Source: Candidatus Iainarchaeum sp. (lineage in GTDB: Archaea; Iainarchaeota; Iainarchaeia; Iainarchaeales; VGJJ01). Taken from it: DNA of 32,000 bases. The notes beneath the pieces were generated by a model. The model did no database searches and was not told the origin of the DNA. It saw only the letters and a program-made list of their open reading frames with translations. Of the stretch, positions 1 through 8,995 are shown piece after piece; positions within the stretch are counted from its first letter, which is position 1; every line of letters starts with the position of its first letter. Made by a program: the position numbers and the translations under genes. The stretch spans positions 390,001 to 422,000 of the forward strand of contig JAUYHT010000006.1 of the NCBI GenBank assembly GCA_030688545.1. The letters are read 5' to 3'.

Positions 1-2214
1 GTCGGAGATAAGTCCTTTCACTCCTTTCACGGGCTCGGGGATGCGTTCCGAGAGATTTTTAGCGGCCCATTCGAGGTGCTCCCGCACATCCACCGAATGC
101 GCGACCCCAACCTTCGTAGGAGAGCCGCACCGGGAACAAATGGGGGTGAGGGAGAGGGCGCCACATTCTTTATTAGTGCATCCGAGTTGGGCGATGGTGA
201 TTTGGTCACACGGCACGCAATGCTTGGAGGCCATGAGCCGGTGGCAGGTGGGGCATTCGTAGAGGGCGATTTCGGTGAGGACCTTTCCGGTGGATGGGTT
301 AGTTGTGCGTGTCTTACTCATGACGAGTCCGGCCGCCCGGTTGATGCTGCGCGTGTTTCCTCCCGCGATTCCAATAGGAAAGAGGACGTGGGGGTTGCCC
401 TTCATCGTGCGGGGGGTGGCCGCTTCCGGTCGCCCCATGCGTCCTCCGGAGAATACTCCCGCCCGGTCCAAGATGGGAATGCCGGCAGCAGTTGAAAGGA
501 GATCAAGCGTGTTTTGGTCTTCGGCCGGGAGAGGGAGGGGGTGGCGAAGAAATAGGCGCAGGGCCTCTGACACGTCTTCGTCGAACACCAGTTTCTCATT
601 ATTTATCCTATGAGGGATTCCGGCGCGTTCCAATAGTCGTTTCAGAGTAGGAGGAAGGAGAAGAAGACCCATTCCCATCACGTCATCATTCGCCGCGCGG
701 ATGGCCGCCACTATTTCCCGTGTTTCCTCCGGGGTCCAGATGCGGTAAAACCAGGTGTGGTGGGGGTGGAGGGGAATAGTGAGTTGTTCCGATATCGCAA
801 TAGCGTCTTGTATTGAGGGGGTTTGGAATGGATTCTGGAGATAGGGTTGCGTGTCCACCCGTGTTTTTTTTCCCTCGTGTTGCGCGCGTTCAACGAGACC
901 CACCCACCATTCGGGAACAAAGGGGCTGGGGACCAATGGGTGCGCGGCCTTCCTGAAATCCCCGATGGTGATGAGCATGTCTCCCAGGAATAGGATTTTT
1001 TCCACGTGAGGTCGAATGGCTTGGGCATCAGGGAGGGTGTTCACTTGTTTCACTGTGCCGTCCTTGAGGAGCACCGTGGGGCCATCAATGCTTTCCACTG
1101 GAAATATCTGCGCGGCCTTCCCTGGCCGTTCGATGCGCATGTGCGTTCCCACGGCGATGAAATCATCCAGAATATGCATGAGAGCAGGATTGAAGGCTTT
1201 TCCAGCGATTCCGGTGTTTCGGCTTCGGCCATACCGGATGCGGAATCCCCCCCACTCCAAGGGGTAGGCGAGCAGGGGTCTCCCGGCCGCGACCCCTTCT
1301 AGGTATTTCCAGTTGGGTTTCATCTCCACAATCTGATCGGCCTTCTTCTCCACTTTGATGAATTTTTCAAGGAAGCTCCAATCCAACCCCAGGCGCTTGG
1401 CCCACGACATCACTTTCTGGGCCTTCAAACCCAATCCTTCGGTTACCACTAATCCCATGCCCCCTCGGATACGGTTGCTGGGAATACGAAGAAGGTTGCG
1501 GTGCGCAGTGACCTCCATTTCTTCCGTGGGAATGCCATTGATGCAAACCGGGCATCCCGATACGATAATCCTAATTTCATCCAGGGAGAGTTTAATTTGA
1601 CGGGACACGATGTCGGTTTGGTAAGTATTGACTTCCTCCGCGTAGCGTTCCACTTCCTCTGGAGTGGGGGTGTAGGATCCCAGTTTCAATAGTTTTTGGG
1701 CGTAATCCCCCAGGATGAGAGGCAGCACGGCCGCGCTTCCTCCCGCGGCACGGATGGGTCCGGCGAAATAGATGTCCACGTATTTGGTTCCATCAGTATT
1801 GCGCGTGAGCTTCACATAAGGCAACCCGTCCAGGGGGGCGACCACCACCCCTTCCGTCATGATGACCATACAGGTCTTGATTCCCTGCTCCACCCGTTTC
1901 TCGTCATCCGGTTCAATATACCACCCTTCCTCCTGGAGAACGATTTCCTTGAAAATGGCGAACAGGGCGTCCATGCGGTCGTTGTGAATAACCAATAATT
2001 CCCTGAAACGCTTGGCCACTCCCGGGGGACCAGTGAGCTTCTCAGTGCGATCCGCCAAATCCGTCACGGGGATGCATTCCACTTGGGAATCGACATCGTA
2101 TCCCGTAGCGCGGGCCTTAGTAGCTATTTCGAATTGGGTGTTTACCTCCTGGATGAGGCCATTGAAATACGCGCGGGTGCGGGGGTCTGAAGTAATATCC
2201 ACGTGCAGGGTCAT
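1..2214 (-). CDS. polC: DNA polymerase II (PolD) large subunit DP2, N-terminal ~738 codons; the gene continues past the window start
   Basis: Minus-strand frame is open from the ATG at 2214 to the window edge. It is absent from the ORF track only because no stop lies in the window. My translation starts MTLHVDITSDPRTRAYFN and contains VEMKPNWKYLEGVAAGRPLLAYPLEWGGFRIRYGRSRNTGIAG, colinear with the archaeal DP2 GGRPLFAGP...GGFRLRYGRSR region. ATGA start/stop overlap with DP1 at 2211-2214. Confidence 0.9.
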   Translation of the reverse strand, partial: MTLHVDITSDPRTRAYFNGLIQEVNTQFEIATKARATGYDVDSQVECIPVTDLADRTEKLTGPPGVAKRFRELLVIHNDRMDALFAIFKEIVLQEEGWYIEPDDEKRVEQGIKTCMVIMTEGVVVAPLDGLPYVKLTRNTDGTKYVDIYFAGPIRAAGGSAAVLPLILGDYAQKLLKLGSYTPTPEEVERYAEEVNTYQTDIVSRQIKLSLDEIRIIVSGCPVCINGIPTEEMEVTAHRNLLRIPSNRIRGGMGLVVTEGLGLKAQKVMSWAKRLGLDWSFLEKFIKVEKKADQIVEMKPNWKYLEGVAAGRPLLAYPLEWGGFRIRYGRSRNTGIAGKAFNPALMHILDDFIAVGTHMRIERPGKAAQIFPVESIDGPTVLLKDGTVKQVNTLPDAQAIRPHVEKILFLGDMLITIGDFRKAAHPLVPSPFVPEWWVGLVERAQHEGKKTRVDTQPYLQNPFQTPSIQDAIAISEQLTIPLHPHHTWFYRIWTPEETREIVAAIRAANDDVMGMGLLLLPPTLKRLLERAGIPHRINNEKLVFDEDVSEALRLFLRHPLPLPAEDQNTLDLLSTAAGIPILDRAGVFSGGRMGRPEAATPRTMKGNPHVLFPIGIAGGNTRSINRAAGLVMSKTRTTNPSTGKVLTEIALYECPTCHRLMASKHCVPCDQITIAQLGCTNKECGALSLTPICSRCGSPTKVGVAHSVDVREHLEWAAKNLSERIPEPVKGVKGLISD

Positions 2215-3806
2215 GGCATCCCTTCCAGGAGGGGGAGGGGGGCGTCTTTGTCAAAACGGGACTCCCTGAGAGTGGCGTCCTTGAAGAAGAATTGGGGTAC
2301 TCTTCCGGGGGTGTTGATGAATCCCTTGCTCGCCGCGTAGGCGGAGGTGGTTTGCCAGCACCCATTGTTGACGATGGTGGTGCCCCGGTATTGGGAGTAG
2401 GCGTTGTAGTGGTTGTCTCCTCCGATGTAGATGTCGGGGTGTTCGCGCACGAGCATGTAGGCCTTGGGTTCGGGGGCATACGGGTGTTTAGTCCCATACA
2501 CGCTCATCAAATCCCGTTTGATGAGCAATTCCTTGATGGCCTCTTCGGGTTTGGTGGGGGAAATGTTCAAGGCGAACATGGTGCCGATGAGGCCGGAGCC
2601 ATGGTAGATGAGCGTTTTCTGCCCTTCAATCTCCACCCATGCGGGGGAGGGGAGGAAGTGGAAATTTTTCATTCCGTAGAGGCGGGGGAGAAACTCCTTC
2701 ATAACGGGAGGTTGAGGGTCGTGCCAGCGGCAGGGGTCATGATTTCCGGGGGTGATGAATACTTCCAAGTGTTCGGGGAGGGATAATAGGTAATCCTCGA
2801 ATTGGCGGTACTGCTCATAGATGTCCTTTACTTCCAATTCATTTATCTGGCTGGGATATACCCCTATTCCGTCCACACAATCCCCCGCGATTACCAAGTA
2901 TTTGAGTTTTCCCACACGGAGCTGTTCGCTGGGCGAACCTACCTTTCCATTGGTCCATCCCACGAACTTCTCGAACCAATCCCTAAGAAAAAGTTTGCTC
3001 CCGATGTGGATGTCGCTCGTGATCAATAATCCCAGATCCACCTCACTAGTTTTAGGTTTCCTTTGGGGCAGGTCCGGCCAATCGAAGTCAGTGACAATGA
3101 GCAATTCCCCTGATCGGGCGCGCTTGCATTTCATTCCAATCACGTCATCCTGGGTGATGCGCCCGGCTTTGCGGATCAATTCATCTTGGTTAGAGGGAAT
3201 GAGGGCTTTGGCATGCCCATCTAAATCTTCAATGTCCAGGAGGATGTGGCCATTCTTGGTGGGTTTATGTTCGGTGACCATGACGACGAGATCGAATTCC
3301 GCATCCCGGCCGAGGCGGTCTATTTTCCCAAGGGATTTGGGGGAGTAGCCCCGCGCTTTTAGTTCCCCGGAGAGAAAGGTGTATTTGTCCTGGAAGAGCT
3401 GGAGGAAATCCAGGGCTTTCCCTTTGGATTCGGAGGCCCCGTCATAATTGAGGTGGTGCAAAATTTTATAATTGGCCGAATACTCGGTGGCCAGGGGTCT
3501 GGGGTTGGATACGGTTGATTCAAGGGTATTGGAAAGCGTGTCCTCCGCGGGGGAGTGGGACAGTTTCCGTTCCACGTGCACGCGGGAAACAAAAAAAGTG
3601 TGGTCGCGCGCGAGAGCGGCGAGGATGGGGTGAAAGTCCTGTTGCGCTAATAATTCAACCGCATCGGGGTGAAGAATCAACCCATGCGTGTCGGCCGCGG
3701 CAATCAGCTCTTCTTTCCTTCTGGAAATATCTGGCGACGCGGGAGTAGCCTCGCGAGGTGGATTTTCCCGTGAGGGGGTTAGAATGGATGTTTTTTCGGT
3801 TTCCAC
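2211..3806 (-). CDS. polB: DNA polymerase II (PolD) small subunit DP1 (Mre11-like phosphoesterase/exonuclease)
   Basis: 531-aa ORF. Calcineurin-like phosphoesterase motifs: ITSDIHIGS, VIAGDCVDGIGVYPSQ, ITPGNHD, YHGSG, GGDNHY. Stop overlaps the DP2 start (ATGA). Confidence 0.92.
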   Translation of the reverse strand: METEKTSILTPSRENPPREATPASPDISRRKEELIAAADTHGLILHPDAVELLAQQDFHPILAALARDHTFFVSRVHVERKLSHSPAEDTLSNTLESTVSNPRPLATEYSANYKILHHLNYDGASESKGKALDFLQLFQDKYTFLSGELKARGYSPKSLGKIDRLGRDAEFDLVVMVTEHKPTKNGHILLDIEDLDGHAKALIPSNQDELIRKAGRITQDDVIGMKCKRARSGELLIVTDFDWPDLPQRKPKTSEVDLGLLITSDIHIGSKLFLRDWFEKFVGWTNGKVGSPSEQLRVGKLKYLVIAGDCVDGIGVYPSQINELEVKDIYEQYRQFEDYLLSLPEHLEVFITPGNHDPCRWHDPQPPVMKEFLPRLYGMKNFHFLPSPAWVEIEGQKTLIYHGSGLIGTMFALNISPTKPEEAIKELLIKRDLMSVYGTKHPYAPEPKAYMLVREHPDIYIGGDNHYNAYSQYRGTTIVNNGCWQTTSAYAASKGFINTPGRVPQFFFKDATLRESRFDKDAPLPLLEGMP

Positions 3807-3813
3807 GAGACAT

Positions 3814-4260
3814 CTACCCGAGCTTCTCTTTCAATGCCTCGAGCTCGGAGATGATAGTCCATAAATCGGTGCGGGAATGCGCGGGAAGGTTAACGTCATT
3901 GGAAACGTCGTCCAGGGTATAGATGGCCCGGGATAACGCCACATCATCTTGGGCTGAGAGAATGGTTCTCTTGGCGTCTTCCACCGCCCCCCGGATATTG
4001 CGGGGAACCGAATGGTCTTCCAAAACCCCATCCATCAGCTCCGCGATGGCGTCAATGTCATTCTTGTAAGTGGTGATACTCTTGGCCATAAATACCAAAT
4101 TCCTGTCCTTCATTTCCTGCACGTCCTTCCCATAGGTTGTTCCTGGTGACACTCGAATAAGGATCGCCGATGTCAAGGCATCGCACCCAATCAAAGGGTG
4201 CTTGAAGGGAGTGAGGGGCTTAGGCTCTATAAAGGTATGCGCGGGAAAACGCTTATTCAT
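3814..4260 (-). CDS. UPF0147 family protein (uncharacterised small helical protein); start uncertain
   Basis: The C-terminal ~90 aa (HSVPRNIRGAVEDAK...NLPAHSRTDLWTIISELE) matches the UPF0147 signature (VPRNIR ... P.H.RT..W.I.S.LE). Family members are usually ~90 aa, so the internal ATGs at 4113 or 4089 are alternative starts. Lies 7 nt upstream of DP1. Confidence 0.75.
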   Translation of the reverse strand: MNKRFPAHTFIEPKPLTPFKHPLIGCDALTSAILIRVSPGTTYGKDVQEMKDRNLVFMAKSITTYKNDIDAIAELMDGVLEDHSVPRNIRGAVEDAKRTILSAQDDVALSRAIYTLDDVSNDVNLPAHSRTDLWTIISELEALKEKLG

Positions 4261-4288
4261 ATCGCCCCCATAGTTTTAAATAGGTAAA

Positions 4289-4963
4289 ATGGGTGCTCCC
4301 TCCATGGCAAATCTTGCGAGGAGAATAGGGCGCAGTGTCGGTGGTGCTGCTAGTCGGAGCACTCGGGAAAAACACTCAGTCGCTCGCGCGGTGCGTCCGC
4401 CGCGTTTTAGAACACTAAACCAACAATTGAAATGGACTATAGAGATGGATGTAAAACTTAATCAATTTTCTGGATTGGTAGAAGAGAACAGAGAATTATT
4501 GGTTTCTGGAAAGGGATTCAAGCGAGATAAAAATGGAAATGTCATAGGGCCAGATGGGTCAGAATTGGTTGGTGGAAAAGTTTTGATGCGAACTGCCCGG
4601 GTATATATTCCCGCATTAGCGGTAATGGGGAGCATGTTGGGTACATTGGGTCCAAGCCTTGAACCAAAGAGGATTGCTTATGGGGGAGTTCTAGGCGCTT
4701 TTATTGGAGTAAGCACTCTTATTGGAGTAGGCGCCACAGAATTTATAAACTTCCGCCCGTATCAGAAGCCCTTCCTTCAATTGGAAAAAGCGTTAAAAGG
4801 CAAATTATTCATAGCGAGTGAAACAAGAGATTTGACGAAGGAACAATTGCAGCATAATCAGGCCGTCATAAGTTCCATCGTAAAGCGCCTCAGAGAACTC
4901 CAGGAGCATAACGAGAATGTTCGAACATTGCTCATTCAAACTAGAAAGCTTCGATCCGATTGA
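4289..4963 (+). CDS. Hypothetical membrane/coiled-coil protein, orphan; likely start ATG 4304
   Basis: 224-aa ORF. Two predicted TM helices (VYIPALAVMGSMLGTLG, IAYGGVLGAFIGVSTLIGVGA) and a charged helical C-terminus. From ~4440 the DNA is visibly more AT-rich than its neighbours. TTTAAA at 4275-4280 lies 24 nt before the ATG at 4304 and only 9 nt before 4289. Another alternative start is ATG 4445. Confidence 0.6.
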   Translation: MGAPSMANLARRIGRSVGGAASRSTREKHSVARAVRPPRFRTLNQQLKWTIEMDVKLNQFSGLVEENRELLVSGKGFKRDKNGNVIGPDGSELVGGKVLMRTARVYIPALAVMGSMLGTLGPSLEPKRIAYGGVLGAFIGVSTLIGVGATEFINFRPYQKPFLQLEKALKGKLFIASETRDLTKEQLQHNQAVISSIVKRLRELQEHNENVRTLLIQTRKLRSD

Positions 4964-4982
4964 GTTTGTTCGGGGAAAAAGA

Positions 4983-5969
4983 TCATACCCCCAACCCCAG
5001 CACCTTTCCCACGCGCTCCCGGAGGGGGCTTGGGATGCCTTCCCCTTCTTCGATGAGGGTGTCTCCGAAAATATCTTTCGTGGATTTGATGTCCGCGGGA
5101 GCAGCCGCATCCGTTTTGTTGAGGATTAAGAGGAAGGGGAGGGAGAATTGTTTCTGGAGACTCATGAGGAGGGCGTGCTGTTGCGCCAGGGGATATCCCG
5201 AGGTGGGGGTGGGGTCGATGACGAATAGGATGGCGTTGGCCACGTGATGTAAAGCGGCCATGGCCTTCTTTTCGATGGGGTTGCGCTTCTCCGGAGGACG
5301 ATCCAACAATCCAGGCGTGTCGATGACCTGGATGTCATGATATTTCCATTGGAAGTAACCTAATTGTAACGATTTGGTGGTGAATGGGAAAGAGGCGATG
5401 CGCGCCTTGCTCCCGGTGAGCCGCCCCAACAAAGTCGTTTTGCCCGTGTTGGGATATCCTGCCAAAACAATCGTGGGGATATCCGTGCGGATGTCCGGCA
5501 CCTCCTTCATCAATTGATTAGCCTTGTTCATGATGGCCACGCTCTCCCCCAACGAGTCCATGATATTGGCCACGCGCCCAAAGAAGGATTTGCTGGCCTT
5601 ATCCATCTGCTTGAGGGCATCGGGGGAGGTGAGGTGCATCCGTTGACGCCCTTGGACGAGTTGTTTCTTGAGGAGCTTGCGCACCGCCACCATTTGGGAG
5701 ACGGATTGCTTGACCTTCACGATATTCACGGTTTCAGGGAGAAGTTCTTGATAGAAGGGGTGGAGGTCCTTGAAGGTGGGAACGGAAATGATCATGCGGT
5801 GGAGCTGTTTATCCAGGTATTCGATGAAGAGCTCCATCTTCAGGATGACCTTGGCTTTGCGGTTCTGGATCGTGCTCGTGCGTAATCGTTTGCCCGGCAT
5901 CCGCCGGCGGGCATAGGTAAAGGCCTCTTCCACCAGGCGTTCAGGGGTGGGGAGGGAGTAGAAGCGCAT
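4983..5969 (-). CDS. NOG1-family GTP-binding protein (ribosome biogenesis GTPase)
   Basis: 328 aa. G1 GYPNTGKTT, G3 DTPGLLD, G4 NKTD, preceded by a NOG1-type N-terminal helical domain. Confidence 0.85.
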   Translation of the reverse strand: MRFYSLPTPERLVEEAFTYARRRMPGKRLRTSTIQNRKAKVILKMELFIEYLDKQLHRMIISVPTFKDLHPFYQELLPETVNIVKVKQSVSQMVAVRKLLKKQLVQGRQRMHLTSPDALKQMDKASKSFFGRVANIMDSLGESVAIMNKANQLMKEVPDIRTDIPTIVLAGYPNTGKTTLLGRLTGSKARIASFPFTTKSLQLGYFQWKYHDIQVIDTPGLLDRPPEKRNPIEKKAMAALHHVANAILFVIDPTPTSGYPLAQQHALLMSLQKQFSLPFLLILNKTDAAAPADIKSTKDIFGDTLIEEGEGIPSPLRERVGKVLGLGV

Positions 5970-6064
5970 ACCTAAGGATTCCCAAAAACGGTTTTTAAAG
6001 TGGCGGCGCCTTTAAAAAAAAGGGGATTTATAGGGGTTTGGGTGGCTGGGTATGGTGGATTCGG

Positions 6065-7117
6065 ATGGGCTTTACGTTATATGATCACCGGTATAAGCGT
6101 CTCATGCTCCTCCCCCTCATCGTGGGGATCGCCGCGCTGATTATTGTTTTCATCTATCCCGGCGTCACCCTGGGATTGGATTTCGCGGGGGGCACGCGGG
6201 TCGTTGTCAATACGGACCTTCTCCAGGAGCAGCCCGTGAAGGACCTTCTTTCCTCCGAGTTGGGGTTGCCGGAAGTGAAGGTGCAGATCGTGAGTTCTCC
6301 CCTCGGGACGAATGCGCGCATCGAATACGCGGAACCAAGACCCCTGGCGGAAGCGCGGGTGCTGTTGGACCGCGCGGCCCAAGCGCAGGAAGATAATCCC
6401 ACGCAAGCGGAAGGGTTGTTGCGCGAAGCCCTTCTCAAATTGAATAGGACTCCCTCTTCTTCCGGGGTGGATGCTTTGATCGTCGAAACCGCCCAGGCCA
6501 TCAATGAAGAAAGTCAATCCATCGCGGATGCGGTGAGGGAATCCCTTACTTTGCGTTTCGGATTGCCGGCTTCTACCTCCTTCACTGTAGAAGAGGTCAC
6601 CCCCACTTTCGGCGCCAGCTTCTTGGGGAACGCCTTGTTTGTGGGGTTGATTTCCATCATCTTGCTGACCATCGTCATCTTTATTTTTTTCAGGGAATGG
6701 GTGCCCAGCCTCGCGGTGGTGGAGGCAGCGTTGTTTGACATGCTCATCGCCGTGGCGCTCGCCACCCTGTTTGGTTTTTCTTTCACCCTTGCGGCCGTGG
6801 CGGCGTTGCTCATGCTCATCGGGTATTCAGTAGACACCGATATCCTCCTGACTACCCGTATTCTCAAGCGGAAGGACAAGGATGTCTTTGCCCGGGCCAA
6901 TGATACATTAATCACCGGCCTCACCGTCACGGGAACCTTGTTCGGGGCCGCATTGGTGATGTTGATCGTATCCTGGTATGCTCAAATAACCACCATATTC
7001 GAGATCGCCGCCATTGTCTTGTTTGGAATGATTGGGGATCTTATCGCCACCTGGTTCACCAACGCCCCCATCCTCTTGTGGTATTGGGAGAAGAAGCACG
7101 GGAAGGTGAGCGCATGA
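6065..7117 (+). CDS. secF: Protein-export membrane protein SecF
   Basis: N-terminal TM, an extracytoplasmic domain, then a C-terminal bundle of several predicted TM helices containing GYSVDTDILLTTRI. It is the shorter of the SecDF pair and sits upstream, as is usual in archaea. The ORF track starts at a non-ATG codon at 6038; the first ATG is at 6065. Stop overlaps the secD ATG (ATGA at 7114-7117). Confidence 0.85.
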   Translation: MGFTLYDHRYKRLMLLPLIVGIAALIIVFIYPGVTLGLDFAGGTRVVVNTDLLQEQPVKDLLSSELGLPEVKVQIVSSPLGTNARIEYAEPRPLAEARVLLDRAAQAQEDNPTQAEGLLREALLKLNRTPSSSGVDALIVETAQAINEESQSIADAVRESLTLRFGLPASTSFTVEEVTPTFGASFLGNALFVGLISIILLTIVIFIFFREWVPSLAVVEAALFDMLIAVALATLFGFSFTLAAVAALLMLIGYSVDTDILLTTRILKRKDKDVFARANDTLITGLTVTGTLFGAALVMLIVSWYAQITTIFEIAAIVLFGMIGDLIATWFTNAPILLWYWEKKHGKVSA

Positions 7118-8793
7118 CCCAGAATAAATTATGGAGTAATTGGAAGGTGCTCCTGTGGATGGCCTTCGTGCTCATTAGTCTATTCCTCATCATCCGCATT
7201 GATACCTCGGATGGATTTTCATTGACCCACAATCTCAAACTGGGCTCGGAATTCTCGGGGGGCACCCTATTTCAGTTGCAATTGGCGCATCCCGCCACGG
7301 CCGATGAGATGCAGGACATCCGGTTGATTGTGGAGAAGCGGTTGAACCCCACGGGCATTAGGGATGTCACGGTTTCGAGTACCGGCCAATCCATTGTTCT
7401 GGCCCAGGTGGCAGAAACCCAACCGGAAGAGGTGGAGAAACAGCAAGCCCTCCTCCTTCGCCAGGGTCGATTCGAATCCTTCCTCAATGGGAAGCTCATT
7501 TTTGACGGCAGCCAAATCGTTCAAGTCATCGAGAGCGCCCAGCAGGGTTTTGGCGCCCAACCCATTGGGGTGGGCAATCAGTATCAGTGGACCCTCCCCT
7601 TTCTCTTGAATGATAAAGCGGCCAATGATTTCGCCCGGGCGGCCTTTCACCAGTGCACCCAATCAGGGTTTAGTGCGGGACAGCCGCAGTATGATTGTGC
7701 TTTTACCTATTTCTTTATCGACCGCCCCGCGGACGCGGTAATTATTTATCCCCAGGACGTACGCGCGGCGGACAACGCAAAGGTATTCACCTCTACCCAA
7801 GTCCAGCTCCCGGAAGATATTTCCATTTCCCAGATACTGGACAATGCGGATCTTCACGTGATCATGATAGACGCCAATGCGGCAGAGTTGGACGCTAATC
7901 AGATGGCGTTTCTGCAATCCCTCCCGTCCTCCGTGCAGACCGCTATCCTCCCCCCTGGAGTTAGTCAAGATATCCGCGCGCAATTGGAAGCCGATGGATT
8001 AACAGTGGAAACCCGTCCCCTCGATGACCAAAACCCGTGGATCGTGCAGGTGTCCGGCTTGCGGGATGCCATTTCATTGTCCCCGGGGGTTACAGGGTTG
8101 GATCCCTTCATCGACAACATCGATGACGTGACGCCTCAGCAATTCCTGGTCATCCAGGGGGTGGCTCCGGATGCGGCCACGGCCAAACAACGGTTGGATG
8201 ATTTGCGCGTGATCCTCAAGAGCGGAGCGTTACCCATTCCAATTATCTCCATCAACAAGCAAACGGTTTCTCCTGAATTGGGAGAGCAGTTCCTGAGCAG
8301 CGTGTGGATCATGGGATTGTTGGCCTTGGCCGTGGTGGGTCTCATCATATTTTTACGTTATCGTCAATGGAACCTGGTCATCCCCGTGTTGGGAGTGGGT
8401 TTGTCGGAGATCATCATGATCCTGGGTTTCGCCGCCTATGTGCAATGGAACCTGGATTTGGCTTCCATGGCAGGGATTCTGGCCGCCGTTGGGACGGGGG
8501 TTGACTCCGAAGTCATCATGACAGATGAAATATTGCAAGGCGCCCATGAAGAATCCGAGTCCGAGAAAGGGTGGTCGGACCGGGCCAAGCGCGCCTTTTT
8601 CATCGTGGCGGCCGCCGCGAGCACGAGCATCGCCACCATGCTCCCCCTCGTCATCCTGGGATCGGGGATAGGTAAGCTCAGCGGATTCGCTCTTACCACC
8701 ATCGCCGGGGTATTGTTAGGCGTTTTAATCTCCCGCCCCGCCTTCAACGAAGTCATCAAGACCATCCTCACTCCCAAGAAGCATGAGGAATGA
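7114..8793 (+). CDS. secD: Protein-export membrane protein SecD
   Basis: N-terminal TM, a large extracytoplasmic domain, and a C-terminal TM bundle with GTGVDSEVIMTDEI. The track ORF begins at 7078, but ATG 7114 gives an ATGA overlap with the secF stop and a normal N-terminus (MTQNKLWSNWKVLLWMAFVLISLFLII). Confidence 0.85.
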   Translation: MTQNKLWSNWKVLLWMAFVLISLFLIIRIDTSDGFSLTHNLKLGSEFSGGTLFQLQLAHPATADEMQDIRLIVEKRLNPTGIRDVTVSSTGQSIVLAQVAETQPEEVEKQQALLLRQGRFESFLNGKLIFDGSQIVQVIESAQQGFGAQPIGVGNQYQWTLPFLLNDKAANDFARAAFHQCTQSGFSAGQPQYDCAFTYFFIDRPADAVIIYPQDVRAADNAKVFTSTQVQLPEDISISQILDNADLHVIMIDANAAELDANQMAFLQSLPSSVQTAILPPGVSQDIRAQLEADGLTVETRPLDDQNPWIVQVSGLRDAISLSPGVTGLDPFIDNIDDVTPQQFLVIQGVAPDAATAKQRLDDLRVILKSGALPIPIISINKQTVSPELGEQFLSSVWIMGLLALAVVGLIIFLRYRQWNLVIPVLGVGLSEIIMILGFAAYVQWNLDLASMAGILAAVGTGVDSEVIMTDEILQGAHEESESEKGWSDRAKRAFFIVAAAASTSIATMLPLVILGSGIGKLSGFALTTIAGVLLGVLISRPAFNEVIKTILTPKKHEE

Positions 8794-8795
8794 GC

Positions 8796-8990
8796 CTTTT
8801 TTTCTTAAAAAAAAATGTTTTTTGATCGAACAGTTTCCTAAAAAGCGTTCGGTTTTTTGATGAAACTTCATCGTAAACACCATTTTTCCGTCAACGCTTT
8901 TTCCAACGGAAAAAGGGTTATTACGATGCCCGCAAAATATCGTTTTGCTTGGTTTTCTAAAAAGTTTCTTTCCTAAAAAATCCGATTCAT
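8796..8990. repeat. Degenerate array of the ~33-bp AT-rich repeat family (locus A) with an embedded hairpin
   Basis: Two recognisable units: TTTTTTGATCGAACAGTTTCCTAAAAAG (GATC at 8824) and GTTTTTTGATGAAACTTC (GATG at 8859). Remnants TTTTCTAAAAAG and TTTCCTAAAAAA at 8953-8980. Inverted repeats TTTTTCCGT 8883-8891 / ACGGAAAAA 8906-8914, or alternatively CTTTTTCC 8897-8904 / GGAAAAAG 8908-8915. Lies between convergent secD and the archaeosortase gene. Confidence 0.7.
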
Positions 8991-8995
8991 CTTTT

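Noticed and set aside
1-2214. Intein or frameshift in PolD DP2, suspected because no long ORF is listed in the track here
   Set aside because: The minus frame beginning at 2214 is continuously open to the window edge, and the spot-translated segments match DP2 with no extra insert seen. The ORF is missing from the track only because it has no stop in the window.
2292-3348. Plus-strand ORFs 2292-2786 (164 aa) and 2821-3348 (175 aa), antisense to DP1
   Set aside because: They lie entirely within the DP1 coding region, which has clear phosphoesterase motifs. They show no signals or homology.
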